A stretch of 64,000 bases of DNA from the human T2T-CHM13v2.0 reference genome, Homo sapiens. The notes beneath the pieces are model-generated. The model was not told the DNA's origin. It ran no database searches and worked only from the letters and a program-made list of their open reading frames with translations. The stretch lies in the NCBI RefSeq assembly GCF_009914755.1, contig NC_060929.1. One strand, 5' to 3'. The position numbers and the translations under genes were made by a program. Below, one piece after another: positions 1 through 18,588 of the stretch; position 1 is the first letter of the stretch; each line of letters starts with the position of its first letter.

Positions 1-33
1 ATTTGAAAGCAAATCAGAAAAAATGCATTTCTA

Positions 34-594
<561 letters not shown>

Positions 595-1029
595 TCAGAT
601 GCTGGTTCCTATTTATAGTGTATACATTTGGATGTAAGAGGACAAGGTGCTGAAATGCCTTATAGAAGGTGTAAGAAGTACAGAGACATGAAGGGGCAGA
701 GGCAGGGTAGACCTCAGATTAAAAGCCAGTGTTAGGGTGGGTATAAATAGACTAGGCTGACTGACATGTGATAAGGAAAGGGTGATAACCTTCATTGGAG
801 TTTGGTGAACATGCCAAGACTAACGGAGAAAATCAGGACGCGTGACATTCTCGCAAAGTAGGTGGGCCTTATTTATAAGCGTAGTGTCAAAATAATTCCC
901 CGTGTTGTGACAAAGGACAGGGTAGTGACGAAGTATCCCAGCAAACATAACTTCTGTCTTGAAATTTTAGTATACGCCGAGGCATTCACTCAGTCTCAAG
1001 ACCTGGGAATCTGTATCCTTAGAGAGGAG

Positions 1030-1445
1030 TGTTAAATTTTAAGTTTAGCCCGAAGCTGCCTCCTTACATATTTTAAGCTCTGCCTAAAGGTTTCTCTATA
1101 AGTAGTGAACTGTAGCCTAACTGGATGTGTGAACAGACATAACCTACTCTTGTAAGAAGTAGCCAAGTCTCAGCCAATCCCAGAAGCCAGACTTAACCAC
1201 TCATAGGCAGCCAACTGTTCAAACCGTGTTCAAATAAGGCAAACGCCCAGCTCTCATCAATCCGGCTGTTTCTGTACCTCACTTCTGTTTTCCGTATGTC
1301 ATTTTCCTTTTTCTGTCTATAAATTTTTTCCTACCACGCAGCAGTGCTGGAGTACCTCTGAACTATTCTGGCTAGGGGGCTGCCCGATTCACCACTTGTT
1401 CTTTGCTCAATTAAACGCTGCTACATTTAATTTGTCTAAAGTTTT
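1030..1445 (+). mobile_element. ERV1 solo LTR, MER57-like
   Basis: tgttaaattttaagtttagcccgaagctgcctccttacat... aaccgtgttcaaataaggcaaacg... ttctttgctcaattaaac matches the recalled MER57 consensus. Confidence 0.8.
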
Positions 1446-1540
1446 GTAAGGTATGGTTTGGAAAAGGAAAAGGAATAACACTAAAGACGTAAGAAAACCT
1501 TTGTGGTCAACTGAAAACCTTATCAGATTAAAAAGATAAA

Positions 1541-1853
1541 CCGGCCACGGTGGCTCATGCCTGTAATCCCAGCACTTTGGGAGGCTGAGGTGGGCAGATC
1601 ACCTGAGGTCAGGAGTTCCAGACCAGCCTGGCCAACTTGGTGAAACCCCCGTCTCTACTAAAAATACAAAAATTAGCTAGGCGTGGCGGCAGGAGCCTGT
1701 AATCCCAGCTACTCAGGAGGCTGAGGCGGGAGAATCACTTGAATCCAGGAGGTGGAGGTTGCAGTGAGCCGAGATTGTGCCATTGCACTCCAGCCTGTAC
1801 TACAAGAGTGAAACTCTGTCTCAAAAATAAATTAAAAAATAAAAAAATAAAAA
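1541..1853 (+). mobile_element. Alu (AluS-type)
   Basis: Dimeric Alu with A-rich tail. Confidence 0.95.
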
Positions 1854-2082
1854 GGAAAAGGAAAAATTTCAGGCAATCCCAAAATAAATCATTTTAATGT
1901 GCAATTTCTAGAACATAGATTTCTTATCACTATGCTATAAGAAAATTAAAATTGTATTGAATAGCAATCATTTTAAATATTTTTGAAATCTTTATTCCAT
2001 GAACCTTAATGAGATTTCTGCATTTCATGTATTTCCACTAACTTAGAACAATTCAGCTCTAAGTCTGTTGTAAGAAATATCA

Positions 2083-2406
<324 letters not shown>

Positions 2407-2842
2407 CTACCAATATTCAATGACTGTTTTTGTAGTAACTATACTGTTAGCTGGAAACCCTTTTCAACTAAACACGAGATAGGAAACACTATGGTCTACG
2501 ATGAATTAGACGCACACAAAAGAGAAATTGTTCAATCATCTCAAGACAGTATTTTCCTTCCATTCAAGCCTCTCCTTCTGTAAGAAACTTCTCCTGAGTT
2601 ACTGAGATTTTACATATCATTTTGTGAAAGCTTTTGCCTATTAAATATTGGAGTATTATTGATCTATGTTTGTACTGTTTAGCCTGGTGGGACATTATAA
2701 TGTCTGGGAGGATTTGGACAATTCTTCCTCATGCCTCATTGTGCAGTACTGTTGTGCCCATGGCGGAACCCAAGCATCCTTGTCCCTCTCCCCCAAATGC
2801 TGAAAGCATTCACAATCCTCTTGGCAACGAAAACGCTGCCCC

Positions 2843-3015
2843 AATTAGCCGGGCGTGGTGGCGTGTGCCTGTAACCCCAGCTACTCAGGAGGCTGAGGCA
2901 GGAGAATTGCTTGAACTCGGGAGGTGGCGATTGCAGTGAGCTGAGATCGGGCAGCTGCACTCCAGCCTGGGTGACAGAGAAAGACTCGGTCTCAAAATAA
3001 CAACAACAACAACGA
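2843..3015 (+). mobile_element. 5'-truncated Alu (right arm only) inside a hAT-type MER relic (~2,720-3,060)
   Basis: Starts at aattagccgggcg; (CAA)n tail; TSD aaaacgctgcccc/aaaacactgcccc. Confidence 0.9.
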
Positions 3016-3147
3016 AAAACACTGCCCCTCGTTTCCAAAATGCCCCCAAGGAAATGGTATTGTAATGGGACCAGAACAGGAAAAGCGAGGATTTGTGGGG
3101 CGGAAAGCAGTTTTAATCAGAGGGCCAGCAAACCAAGAAGATGGTGA

Positions 3148-3495
<348 letters not shown>

Positions 3496-3530
3496 TAAAG
3501 TACTATTTTAAATTTTAAAATTTACCATAG

Positions 3531-3832
<302 letters not shown>

Positions 3833-4403
3833 TAGGGTTTTTAAAGGGAAACTTGGTATGGGAGACATGTGGGAGTGGTGCAGGGTGTGGGGTCTGTGGT
3901 GTGACTTGTTCCCTTGTCTGTCCGGGTTGGAGCTATCTTGACTTAAGTAAGGGCATAATTACATAAACATGCATTGCCTAGACAGGGGAGGTAAGAGGGG
4001 AGGAAAGGAAGAAAAACAAAATGGGTAATTTTTTAAACTGAGGTCCCCAATTAGAGTATCATGCAAATAAGAACCCCAGGTCTACACAGTAAAGGAAAAC
4101 TCAGGTTGGGCTGCCCTGCCCTGCTGTTTTGGCCAGTCCCTACCATGCGCCAGGTTCTCAGGAAAGCCTCCCAGGAGACCAGTAAAGCCAGCTGTATTGT
4201 TCTCATTTCACACTTAAAGAAGCTGAGGTACAGAGGGATGAAGTGACTTGCCAAGGCACTGACTCCAGTGTCTTCATTTGTAAAGTGGCTTGGAGCAAGC
4301 ATGCAATGCATATTTATTGAACGAATTAATAAAGAAATGGAGAGACTGTCAGAATTGTCTAGCACCCAGTCTAGTGTGTTTCTGGAATGTGCAAAATCAA
4401 AAC

Positions 4404-5151
4404 TGTAAAAAGAAAATAAAATTTTTGGCTGGGCACGGTGGCTCACGCTTGCAATCCCAGCACTTTGGGAGGCCGAGGCGGGCGGATCACGAGGTCAGGA
4501 GATCGAGACCACAGTGAAACCCCATCTCTACTAAAAATACAAAAAATTAGCCGGGCGTGGTGGCGGGTGCCTGTAGTCCCAGCTACTTGGAGAGGCTGAG
4601 GCAGGAGAATGGCGTGAACCTAGGACACAGAGCTTGCAGTAAGCCGAGATCGTGCCACTGCACTCCAGCCTCGGTGACAGAGCAATACTCCATCTCAAAA
4701 AAAAATACAATAAAATAAAATAAAAATAAAATCAAATCTCAGGGCTTCCAAATGTATTGTGGCCAGGGGAAAAGTTAAGCCTTGTAAACTGAGTCACATA
4801 ACACCGGCTGTTTTTGGACACTTGCTTCCTGACCTTTGTGTTGAAATGTTAAATATTAACCAGATCCCTTATTCTTTATTCAAACCTAGAATAAATGACT
4901 TTGGAATCAGAGACCCTGGTGATTGTTACCTTTTTACAAGTGAATATTAAGCAACCCCCTTAGAGTGTAATCAATGGTCGCCAAACAAATCTTGTATCTG
5001 TATGTTAGCCTTTGTATGGAAAACCTTGTAATACAGTTTAGCGCCTCCATTTTTGCCTACATAATATAGACCATCCTCACCTTTCCCCACACTGTTCTTG
5101 AATAAACTCTTTCAACTAGATTTGAGCTTTTTGATTTGTTTTTGATTGACA
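4404..5151 (+). mobile_element. ERV1 solo LTR (MER4-group-like), interrupted by an Alu near its 5' end
   Basis: tgtaaaaagaaaataaaat...ggggaaaagttaagcctt...aataaactcttt...gattgaca; TG..CA termini, AATAAA. Confidence 0.6.
4427..4733 (+). mobile_element. AluY-lineage element with a 12-bp left-arm deletion (AluYd-like)
   Basis: ggatcacgaggtcaggagatcgagacc|acagtgaaaccc lacks the tcctggctaaca segment; AluY diagnostics gagaatggcgtgaacc and gagcttgcag. Confidence 0.8.
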
Positions 5152-5179
5152 AAATAAATATGTAGAATCTGACATATCA

Positions 5180-5499
<320 letters not shown>

Positions 5500-6469
5500 G
5501 AATTCCTACTTCCCATAAGGGCTAAAGGAAATAAGACCCATGTTTCTAAAGTACCTGGTACATAATAACTCCTTTTCCTCCCTACATTCTTTACCCCACC
5601 TTCACTCTCCAAGGTCAAGGTAAGTATTCACCTTAATAAAAACAAGCCAGTATTCTATAACAGCATTTTAGATTGCAAAAGCATTTTTCTATATATTATC
5701 TCACTTGGTCTTCATTTATTCAAAGAGTTGGTTCCAAGCATCCACTAGGCACCAGAGACACCAGCCAGGGAGAAAGACAGATCTCATTCTTAGCCCCTCT
5801 TGGATCCCCACACTTCCTCCCTCCACCCTTCAAGATGGAATTCTGCTTCATTAGCATTGGAAGCAAGTCTTTGGCTAAACCCTGCCCTGTGCAATCTGGC
5901 TTTGTGTTAAAGATTACACTCTAACCAGATCTGCAGCCTCTGGTGAACCTATTTCTCTTCCAAGTGAGGATTTGGCTTTTAAAGGAGCTATCCCCCCGCA
6001 CCCTCACCAACACCTAAAAATACCTTGGAGATATGTCTTGCATGTCAGGAACAGGTTTATTCTGGGAACACCAGCTCCCCACTCTGGCTGGCTCAGTCCC
6101 GGGGTCCCATATACTAAGAGAGAATCCAGCACTCACAATAGGATCTTAGTAAATACTCATTATTGGAACAAAGGAGGGAAAGAAGGCAGAAAGAACTTTT
6201 CGAGTTGGGTCATCCTTTCTCCTTATGTTTGTAGTGAGCTGTGAAATACGTGAATTTCACATGTATGACTTTGCTGCCCTCCAAGAGCCACCAGAGCTAA
6301 ACTTTTAATTATAGCCATTGTGTTTTAGATGAAGGAGCTTTAAAACATTCTTTGCAGGGAGTGCAATGAATAAACCCTTAAGAAATGCAAAAGTTTTCAG
6401 CCTCTTGAGGAATTAACTCTTAGAAGCCATTTACTTTAAAGGGAGAGAAAGCCCTAATAAATTAAGGAA

Positions 6470-7260
6470 GCTAGACCAGATCATCAATGTCTGTTCCCAT
6501 CAGTAAAAGATACAGTCTTGCAAAAGAAAGAGGAAGAAAAAAATCAATCCCCATATTGATTAATGCATCTGGATCCAGCTAGCAATGTACAGAAAATGCA
6601 GAGGACAGAGGAACGTGGTAACCAACACCAGGGGGATGCAGTCAGCAACATTCAGCTAAAATTCAGGGGATATTCCAAAAGACAGATGTGCACATTTTTT
6701 TGTATTGCTTTTAAAACTTGAGAGAGATAGAGGGGAAACCTGAAAAGAGGTCTAAGAGAGCACATCAACCAATTGTTATGTGTGGATCTCATATGGATCT
6801 CACTAGAGCATACATTTTTCAAGGTGGTGGGGGGCCATTGTCACCAGTGGAGCAAAAATTGCTTCTTGGATGATGGAAAAATCTTAGCTATTATAATGGT
6901 TTGTGGCTCTCCAAAGGGCTGCAGAACCTAAAGAAATATAGCGTATATCTGTGCTATTAAAATTTCATTAGGAGAGGGAAGGCTATGACTGGTAAAATAT
7001 GTCTACAAAAGCTCCTTAGGGGTGCCATGATGAAAAAAGGTTTGAAAACACTGAATTAGAACATACAAGTTGATATATATATGACGTATCATATCATATC
7101 ATAGATCATATATATAAGACAACAAGGAAAATATCGAATACTTACTGAGTATTTGATGAAATATTGCTAATTTTTTAGGTATGATAATGGTATTATGGTT
7201 ATGTTATAAAGAGTGCTAATCTTTCAGAGATAACTACTGAGATATTTACAGATGAAATAG
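6470..7260 (+). mobile_element. Old L1M (L1ME/MC-like) 3' fragment interrupted by a hAT-Charlie MER (~6,808-7,053)
   Basis: L1M 3'-UTR motif gataatggtattatggttatgtt...gatatttacagatgaaat; the inner element ends aaggtttgaaaacactg. Confidence 0.6.
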
Positions 7261-7663
7261 AGAGTAGAGGAGAGTCAAAACGGGGGAAGAGGAAAAGCAG
7301 AGCTAGAGAGTCAAAGATAAAAGAAAAGAGAGATTAATTGATGTTTCTCAGAGCAACAGACTTTCTTCTCATTGTATTTCAGGACCCATCTTTTCTTAGA
7401 CTGTGGTTGCTAACCAGTGGCCCATGGATCACATTCAACCCACACATTTGTTTCGTTTGACCCTCACAGTGTTTTAGAAGCATTTGAACCAACATTTTAA
7501 AATGAAAGATTTCACTGAAAACTCTCCATCACCAGCTTCACTTGAGAAATCATACCCTCCAAATCGTGGACCTGAGCCCATAAACAGAACCTCTGTTCTT
7601 CTGGTCATCCCAGCTGCCAGGGGTCACACTAGAAATGCCCACACCCACACCCTGTTCTGCCTC

Positions 7664-8389
7664 TGTAATGGACCAGCAGCCTGATATGTTCATTTCACCT
7701 GCTGCCCAGAAAAGCCAATGCACTGGAGAAAAGCAGGTTTTTGCAACAAAAAAGAGTTTAATAAATGCAGAGCCAGCTAAGTGGAAGGACAGGAGTTTTA
7801 TTATTACTCAAATCCGCCTCCCTGAAATTGCAAAGGCTAGGATTTTTTAAGGATGGTTTGGTGGGCAGGGGGCTAGGGAATGGGGACGCGGATTGGTTGG
7901 GTCGGGGATGAAATCACAGGGAGTTGGAGCTTTTCTTCTTGTGCTGAGTCAGTCCCTTGGTGGGGGCCCAAGACCAGATGAGCCAGTTGACCAGTCTAGG
8001 TGGTGCCAGCTGGTCCATCAGAATTCAGGGCCTTAACAATACCTCGAACACCAATCTCAGGTATTACAATAATGATGTTATCTACAGAAGCAATTGAGGA
8101 GGTTAGGAATCTTGTGGCCTCTGGCTGCATGACTCTTGAGCTGTAACTTCTGATCTTCTGGCTAATGTTAGTTTTACAAAAGAAGTCCAATCCCCAAGGA
8201 AGGAGGGGGTTAGTTTTGGGAAGGGGCTGTTATTGTTTTTTTCAAAGTTAAACTACAAACTAAATTCCTCCCATAGTCAGCTCAGTATATGTCCAGGAAT
8301 GAGCAAGGACAGCTTGGGGGTTAGAAGCAAGATACAGTCGGTTAGGTCAAATTTCTGCCACTGTCATCATTTTTGCAAAGGCACTTTCA
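7664..8389 (-). mobile_element. LTR8 (LTR8B-like) ERV1 solo LTR
   Basis: Right end ttttgcaaaggcactttca is the reverse complement of the LTR8 start; ttattactcaaatc..ctccc motif; TSD cctc/cttc. Confidence 0.85.
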
Positions 8390-8453
8390 CTTCCTACCTT
8401 TTCCTTCCTTGCCAGCCCCTGATGAACAGAAATTACATCATTAACAATGGCTG

Positions 8454-8990
<537 letters not shown>

Positions 8991-9604
8991 GCCGCTGCCT
9001 CCTTCATGAGACTGCAGCACACGGCCTCAGTCCCCTAGACCACTGGATAGTCAGTCCGATCTGAGCAGGGAGGCAGAGGCTGCTCCAGCTCCCCAGGGAC
9101 CTGGCCTCAGTCTGGTTGTTCCTTGGCAGGGAATACCTACCATATCTGATCCAGAGTGGATAATTTTTTAGATCCCCTTCTCTATACCAGGGGAATATTA
9201 AATTATAATATTCTGAAATAAAATAATAATGAATAGTGAAACATATTTTTCATGTGTAAACGGAAGTTACACTATCAAACAAAAATATGACATCCCACAG
9301 TGTGTACTTTGCTCTGCTGTTTTAAATTTTAAACACAAATAAGAGCCTCAAGTGATTATGCAGAATGACAGTTAAAGAAACTCAAGGTCAGTTTCTTCAT
9401 CTTTACAATTACTGTGCTCTTATTTATTTCAAATCTGTTGTTCAAACACAGGAATATAGAGTATCACAGGGGTAGAGACATAAACTTCATCCAAAGTGAA
9501 CTCGAACAACTCTACATCTTTACAAATTTATACCCAAAAGAAGAATGTACAGCTGAGTTTGAGTTTGTCAAAGTTGACTGTGTGACAAGGAACGCTCAGA
9601 ATTA

Positions 9605-9937
<333 letters not shown>

Positions 9938-10629
9938 TTAAAGGGTAAGTCATAAAAACGTGCTAATTGGAAGCTGATGTACATTACTCTCATAATACAT
10001 TAGATCTCATGCCTTACTCACAGGCACAAATTCTCAATAACAACCACAGCAATTGTTTAGACATAGACCAACAATTTTTTTTCAAGGAGGGGTATTGTAT
10101 CACGAACATTGTTTAGACTTGCAGGCACATGGTTATAATTTGAAAAGCAAGCTGACTTTTAGTTGATTTTATTATTGTAGTTAAACTCTCAGACCATGTA
10201 CCCCTCATTGCCTCCCTGGGTGAGCATTCCTACAATCTGGGCACCACTGTGCCAAGTGCTCTGGAAGCTGGGCACTGCTGGACCCCAGGCCCCCTCTCCC
10301 AGAGCTGACATCCTTCCTTGAGCCCAGAAGGGCCTCCGGGACCCTGGCCTCAAATGTGAGCTGCCCACTAGAGTGGTAGAGTGGGGAGAGAGCCCAAAGT
10401 CTGGCATCAGAAGGGTGGGCTAGAATCCCAGCTCTGACACTTCACCTCTTTAAGCCTCAGTTTCCTCATCTGCTCAAAGAGGTTAAGCAAACAAAACAGG
10501 CGTGCAGGGAGAGGCAAGCAAGATAGCAAACTATGAGCTAGGGTTCAGAGCGTGGACAGGGTTCTCAGTGGATGAGAGCTTCCGAAAAACCTAGAACAGT
10601 CTGAAGGTGCATTCTTGGAGGTAAAAATA

Positions 10630-10835
10630 GCTGCCATTTATGAGCACTCACTATACATCTGCCACTTTGCATACATTATCTCATTTAATGTCACCCTCAT
10701 CGTAATTCTGTGAGGTGGATGCTGTCATCCTCATTTTCACTGTGAGGAAACTGAGGCTCAGAGAGGTGAGTGGACTTGCCCGAGGTGTCACAGCTGAACC
10801 AGAATTCCAGCCCAGGCTCTGCACATTCCAGAGCC
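10630..10835 (-). mobile_element. MIR
   Basis: gaggaaactgaggctcagagaggtgagtggacttgcccgaggtgtcacagc core. Confidence 0.85.
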
Positions 10836-12779
10836 CTCCAGATCCAAAGAGGAGACTGCTTTACCTGCTCTGTGTGGGGTGAACGGGAGACAGTTCCATT
10901 CTGGGCCTCACCCTGAAGCCAGGGACACAGGAATCCAGGTCCCGTTGATGGAGCTGGTGCTGCTGGCCCTGGTGAGAAGTTACCAGGAAGCTGGCCTGAG
11001 TTCTAGGAGGGAAGATGGGTGTGTTTGCCTGCTTGGTTGCTCTCACTTGCTTAAAGGTCTCTTTAACAACAGAGTAAAAGAGGGATCAAGGTGCTCTTGT
11101 GCTTTGGGTCAGGCATCCAGGCAGCCTCTAGATCAAGGAAGAGGTGGCCTTGGGCCTCCAGTTGACATACTCTCGGGGAGACAGTCCAAGCACTTGGCCC
11201 TGGAGGAGACACAGTGACAGGAGGATGGGCCTGTCTCCTTATCCTGCATCCTTATTTTAGATTTTGGGAATGCAAATTGAGAGAGGCAAAATGACCTGTC
11301 CAAGGTCACGCAGCCTAAAAGTGCCAGCATCCGGCCTTGAACCCTGGTCCGTGAGGCTGCACAGTCTGTGACTTTTCCACTGAGTGTGGCTGCCCCAAGG
11401 GTGGCTTAGAGTACTGGTGTCTGAGGACCTTCCTCGGAAGCCACAGCCTCTGTGATCTCTCACCGCGAGAAGCTACCGCAGGAGTGACAATTTTGCAGCC
11501 TCTGCCTACGACTTTTTCTATTCTGGGTGTGGGGTGCGTAATTAGCATACATCTGAATACATTTTCCATTTTTAACAGGAATGAGAAATACATGGGAAAA
11601 GAGATAAAAAGCTCCTGTTAACTAGTGAGGCTGTGTGTCATGCTCCTTTACATTCCACCTCACGTTCCTCCTTCCGCCTAAGAAGCCCTTCCTCCCTGCT
11701 GCTATCGGATAAACTCTGCTCCATCCTCCCAGGCCCTGCTCACAGGTAGCCTGTGTGGAGGCTCCTGGGGTGCTCGCCGGCTTCTCCCCTCCAGCCTCCC
11801 TGGACTGTGTGCATCCTTCTTCCCGACTCAGTCACACTGTATTCTGACTTACCCCGGAAGAGAGCTGCCTGGGGTTGTCCTGCCTCCTGTACGTTTGCCT
11901 CAGGAGACTTGCTTGGCCGAAGGGTTCTAGAAAGTTCTCTCAACACTGCAGTTGCCTTGACACTGTGCCTGGAACAGCCAGCCTGCAGTGGAGGGACTCC
12001 ACAAAGATCCCAGGGCTGATTTCAGACTCTGCAATGACTCCATTCTGGCTTTGGGGTCTGTTCTGAGGGTCTGTCCATCCCTGGGCTGTTCTCCCCAACA
12101 CTGTGAGGACACTTCTGTCTCAGCGCTAGTTGATGGCTAGCCCAAGCTGCAAAGGACTCTCCATAGAGCACAAAACTACCCCAAATGTAAGTCAGATGGC
12201 AGCCACCTGGAGGCCTTGAGTCCCCTCCAGCCTGCTGGGCTAAGCGTATTCTTTGAAAATAACTCACACCCCCATTCTAGACATCTCCCTCTCCCTCAGT
12301 TAGCCTTGGCGCTCATCTCCTCCTTTGCTGAGTTCTCACTCTCCACGCTACCTTTGCTTCCCACTCTCTCCCATGCTGAACGCTGGACTGATCATTTCAC
12401 TCCCCCATTGCCAGGAACACAAGCTTCTGTACGTAACAGAATTTTACTCAAGTTTTAGGGTGGTGGAGGGTAGTTATTGCACATCATGCAGCAGAGGCAA
12501 TAGCTTCAACTTGAATATTATTCCCAAATTCATTATTATCCTAAGATCTATCTGCTGCTTGCCCACCATGGGGAATCTCTCCCTGGCTACATTCATGCTT
12601 TGGTGCTAGCTTGTTGCCACATCCCCTACTTCTTTCTGAAAAGAACTCAAGCCCAGCTGAGCCACAGCTGACCTGAAGACCAATGTATGAGAAATAACTG
12701 TTTGTGGTAAGCTACTGAGATTTGGTGGAGTGGGGGTAGGGTGGGACTTCTACCCAGCACAAGCTGACTAATACAATCA

Positions 12780-12960
12780 TCGAATCCAACCTCCATGCAA
12801 TGCATAAAACCACCCCTCACCATCTCTGCCAAGCTGAAATCAAACCTCAGCTTGCACGCCTCCAGTGATGGGGAGCTCACTACTTCACAAGGCTGCCCAA
12901 TCCCATCTCTGGACAGTTAGATCCTAACCTATCTCCCATCCAAGTTTGACCATTGGTCGC
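12780..12960 (-). mobile_element. L3/CR1 LINE relic
   Basis: ctccagtgatggggagctcactacttcacaaggctgcccaatcccat resembles the CR1/L3 3' region. Confidence 0.6.
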
Positions 12961-13418
12961 AGCTCCCTCTGTCTCTCCTCCTTGGCCTCACAAAGTCCCC
13001 CACTCCCCAGCACAGCCTGGCCAAGACAAAGCAGTGACAGTGTTATGCCCCTGGTCCCTCCTCCTCAGACCCCCAACTGCTCCTATACAGCATGGCTCCC
13101 TGTGCCATCTCCTCTCTACTTAGTCTCTTCCACAAGGGCAGAGTCTGGAACTAACCATCATGGCCAATGAGTGTGGCCAGTGGCCAGACCCTTGTGTCTA
13201 CTGATCTAGACAGTATGCCTCCATGGGCATGGGAAATAACCTAAATTCCAGAAACAGACTCCGGAACCCACTGACCTGGGGGTAGATCCTGGCCCTGCTA
13301 TCTCCTGCTGTGCCTCCTTGGACAGGCCACTTCATTTCTTGAAACCTCAATGCTCTCATCTGTAAAATGAGGACAATCATTGCCTCCACGTCATGCATCA
13401 TGCACTAAGTACAGCGCC

Positions 13419-14451
<1,033 letters not shown>

Positions 14452-14879
14452 TGCCTGCCACATTAAAAAGCATGCCACCTCAGCAGAGCAATCAGGAGTA
14501 ATTGTTTACTACCGACCCCCATGAAACTTACTGTCACCTACAGTTCTTGAATAATGTATTCTTTTTAAAACATTTTCTAATAAAAAACGATATTAAAATA
14601 CTCAAACAATACAGAAAGAACAAAGAAGAAAGCAAATCTGATCACTCATAGATACTACTGTTAAAATATTTGCTAATACCCCTTAGATTTTAGAGGGACA
14701 ATGCCAAACTTCTGCCTCCTCACTTGTCCTTGAGGGAGGTAGCACAGGAGAGAGGAATAAAGCAGCCCTTGAGGCCATGCCGACTAGTCTTGGGTGGCAG
14801 CTTTGTCACTTGCTGGTTGTGACCCTGGATCAGCAACTTTGTCCCTAGGAGCACAGTTTTATCTTTGGTAGGTGAAGAG

Positions 14880-15555
14880 ATTTTTCTTAACAGCTTTATT
14901 GAGATATAATTCAAATACCATCTGTATTAGTCCATTTTCACGCTGTTGATAAAGACATATCTGAGACTGGGTAATTTATAAATAAAAAGAGGTTTAGTGG
15001 ACTCACAGTTCCTCATGGCTGGGGAGACCTCACAATCATGGTGGAAGGTGAAAGGCAGGTCTTACATGGCGGCAGACAAGAGAGAATGAGAATCAAGTGA
15101 AAAGGGTTTCCCTTATAAAATCATCAGAGCTCATGAGACTTATTCACTACCATGAGAACAGTATGGGGGAAGCCGCCACCATGATTCAATTATCTCCCAC
15201 CAGGTCCCTCCCACACCACATGGGAATTATGGGAGCTACAATTCAAGAAGAGATTTGGGTGGGGACACAGCCAAACCGTATCATCATCCAATTCGCCCAT
15301 TTAAAGTGTACAGTTTAATCATTTTCAGTGAATTCACAGAGCTGTGTATCCATGATCACAATCAGTTTTAGAATATTTTCATCACCCCAAAAAGAAACCC
15401 TGTACCCCTTAGCTGTCACCCCTGCCCCAGGTAGCCAACAATCTACTTTGTCTCTCTAGATTTGCCTGTTCTGGACTTTCATCTCATATGTGGGCTTTTG
15501 TGACTGGTTCCTTTTCTCAGCACAATGTTTTCAAAGTTAACCCATGTTGACTGAC
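14880..15555 (-). mobile_element. L1MB-type 3' end fragment (host of THE1)
   Basis: ttaacagctttattgagatataattca...catttaaagtgtacagttt...ttcatcaccccaaaaagaaaccc. Confidence 0.8.
14923..15283 (-). mobile_element. THE1 (THE1B/C-like) MaLR solo LTR
   Basis: tgtattagtccattttcacgctg...gggtggggacacagccaaaccgtatca; 5-bp TSD ccatc/tcatc. Confidence 0.9.
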
Positions 15556-16324
15556 TGGATGTTTTTACACTTATTAACCTGGATTGTTTTTACATCCTAG
15601 CCCCTCCCATAGACAATGCTGGTTTTGCCATTGCTGCTTCTCCAGGTCTCACGAGAGCTTTATATGATCCAGGCCTAGGAAAAAGGGCAAAGAAAAGAGC
15701 ACATCAGAAAGGAGTTCATCTGTGTTCAGAGAGTGGAGGAGGCAGGAGAGCGTGTACCTGCTGGGTGGAGGGCATTGGGTGCGGCTGGGTGAGGAAGGGG
15801 CTGGAGCCCTTTGGGCTGGCTGAGGATGGAGGGAAAATGGACAAGTGTCCAGTGGGTTAGGAATCAGATCCTCTTTAATCTTTTCTAGTGCTGTTTGTAA
15901 AGTTGAGAATTCCTTTTTTCATTATTGGGCCAGACTTCCGTGGAAGAATTGCTTGCAGAGACTGGGCTGGTCTAAAAATCTTCAAGAGTTCTCTTGGCGA
16001 CCCAGCTGAGGCCCTGCACAGCTCAGAGCGATCAGGGCTTCAGACACTCAGGAAGGGTCAGTTGCTTTACATTCCTTCTCATTTAATCCTCACAAATCCA
16101 TGAAGCAGGAACGTCTTACTGATGGGAAAACCAAGGCACTTAAGGAGCTCTCGGACGGCATGCCCACTGCCTGCCTTGCATTGCTCTGCCGGGAAACTGG
16201 ACACAAATGATCTCCAGTCACAAGACTCTTGGCTTTGGGCATCTGAGTCAGAGGGCTCCAAGCTGCACTGAGATCGCTTGACATTTTACCATGTTTCTTT
16301 TTCTTTGGCTTTTAAAATAGTCTA

Positions 16325-17790
<1,466 letters not shown>

Positions 17791-18290
17791 TATATAGCCC
17801 AGAGTCCTTTATGCTTTCTTAGAGGCCATGGTTGCAAACTCCCAGAAGATCCCAGGTGGAGCTGTGAGTTGCTTTTTAGGAAGGTGCAGGGTCTGCAGCC
17901 CCTGACAGCCTTTTGGCCACCTCTGGCAAAGCATCATAGAGTCTGGGAAAAACAAGAACACCACCACCATCCCCACACCCTCATCAGCACACAGCGCACT
18001 CACACTCACTCATCAGATTCTATCTTCCCAGAACACCACCCACCTGAGTGATGATTTCACAGATACAGAAGAGGCTCAGAGAGGGTGAGTCACTTGCCCA
18101 AGGTCACACAGCTAGTAAAGCGGAGGAAGCTCCCACACCCAGGTGCCTGTTTCCGAAGCTTGCGCTCCTCCCTCAGCCTCTCTGCAACGTGGTCTGGGGT
18201 CCAAGTCACACTGCCAGCTCCCTCAGAAATTCTCTCTACATTATGGCTCCTCCCAGGCCTCAGCCTCCTCTCATAAAAAAGGAAAGATGG

Positions 18291-18588
18291 GGCCAGGTGT
18301 GGTGGCTCACACCTATAATCCCAGCACTTCGGGAGGCCGAGGCGGGTGGATCATCTGAGATCAGGAGTTTGAGACCAGCCTGGCCAACATGGTGAAACCT
18401 CGTCTCTGCTAAAAATACAAAATTAGCCAGGCGTGGTGTCAGGCGCCTGTAATCCCAGCTACTCAGGAGGCTGAGGCAGCAGAATCGCTTAGAACCTGCG
18501 AGACGGAGGTTGCAGTGAGCCGAGATCGTGCCACTTCACTGCAGCCTGGGTGACAGAGCAAGACTCTGCCAGAAAAAAAAAAAAAAAA
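18291..18588 (+). mobile_element. Alu (AluS-type)
   Basis: TSD ggaaagatg. Confidence 0.95.
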
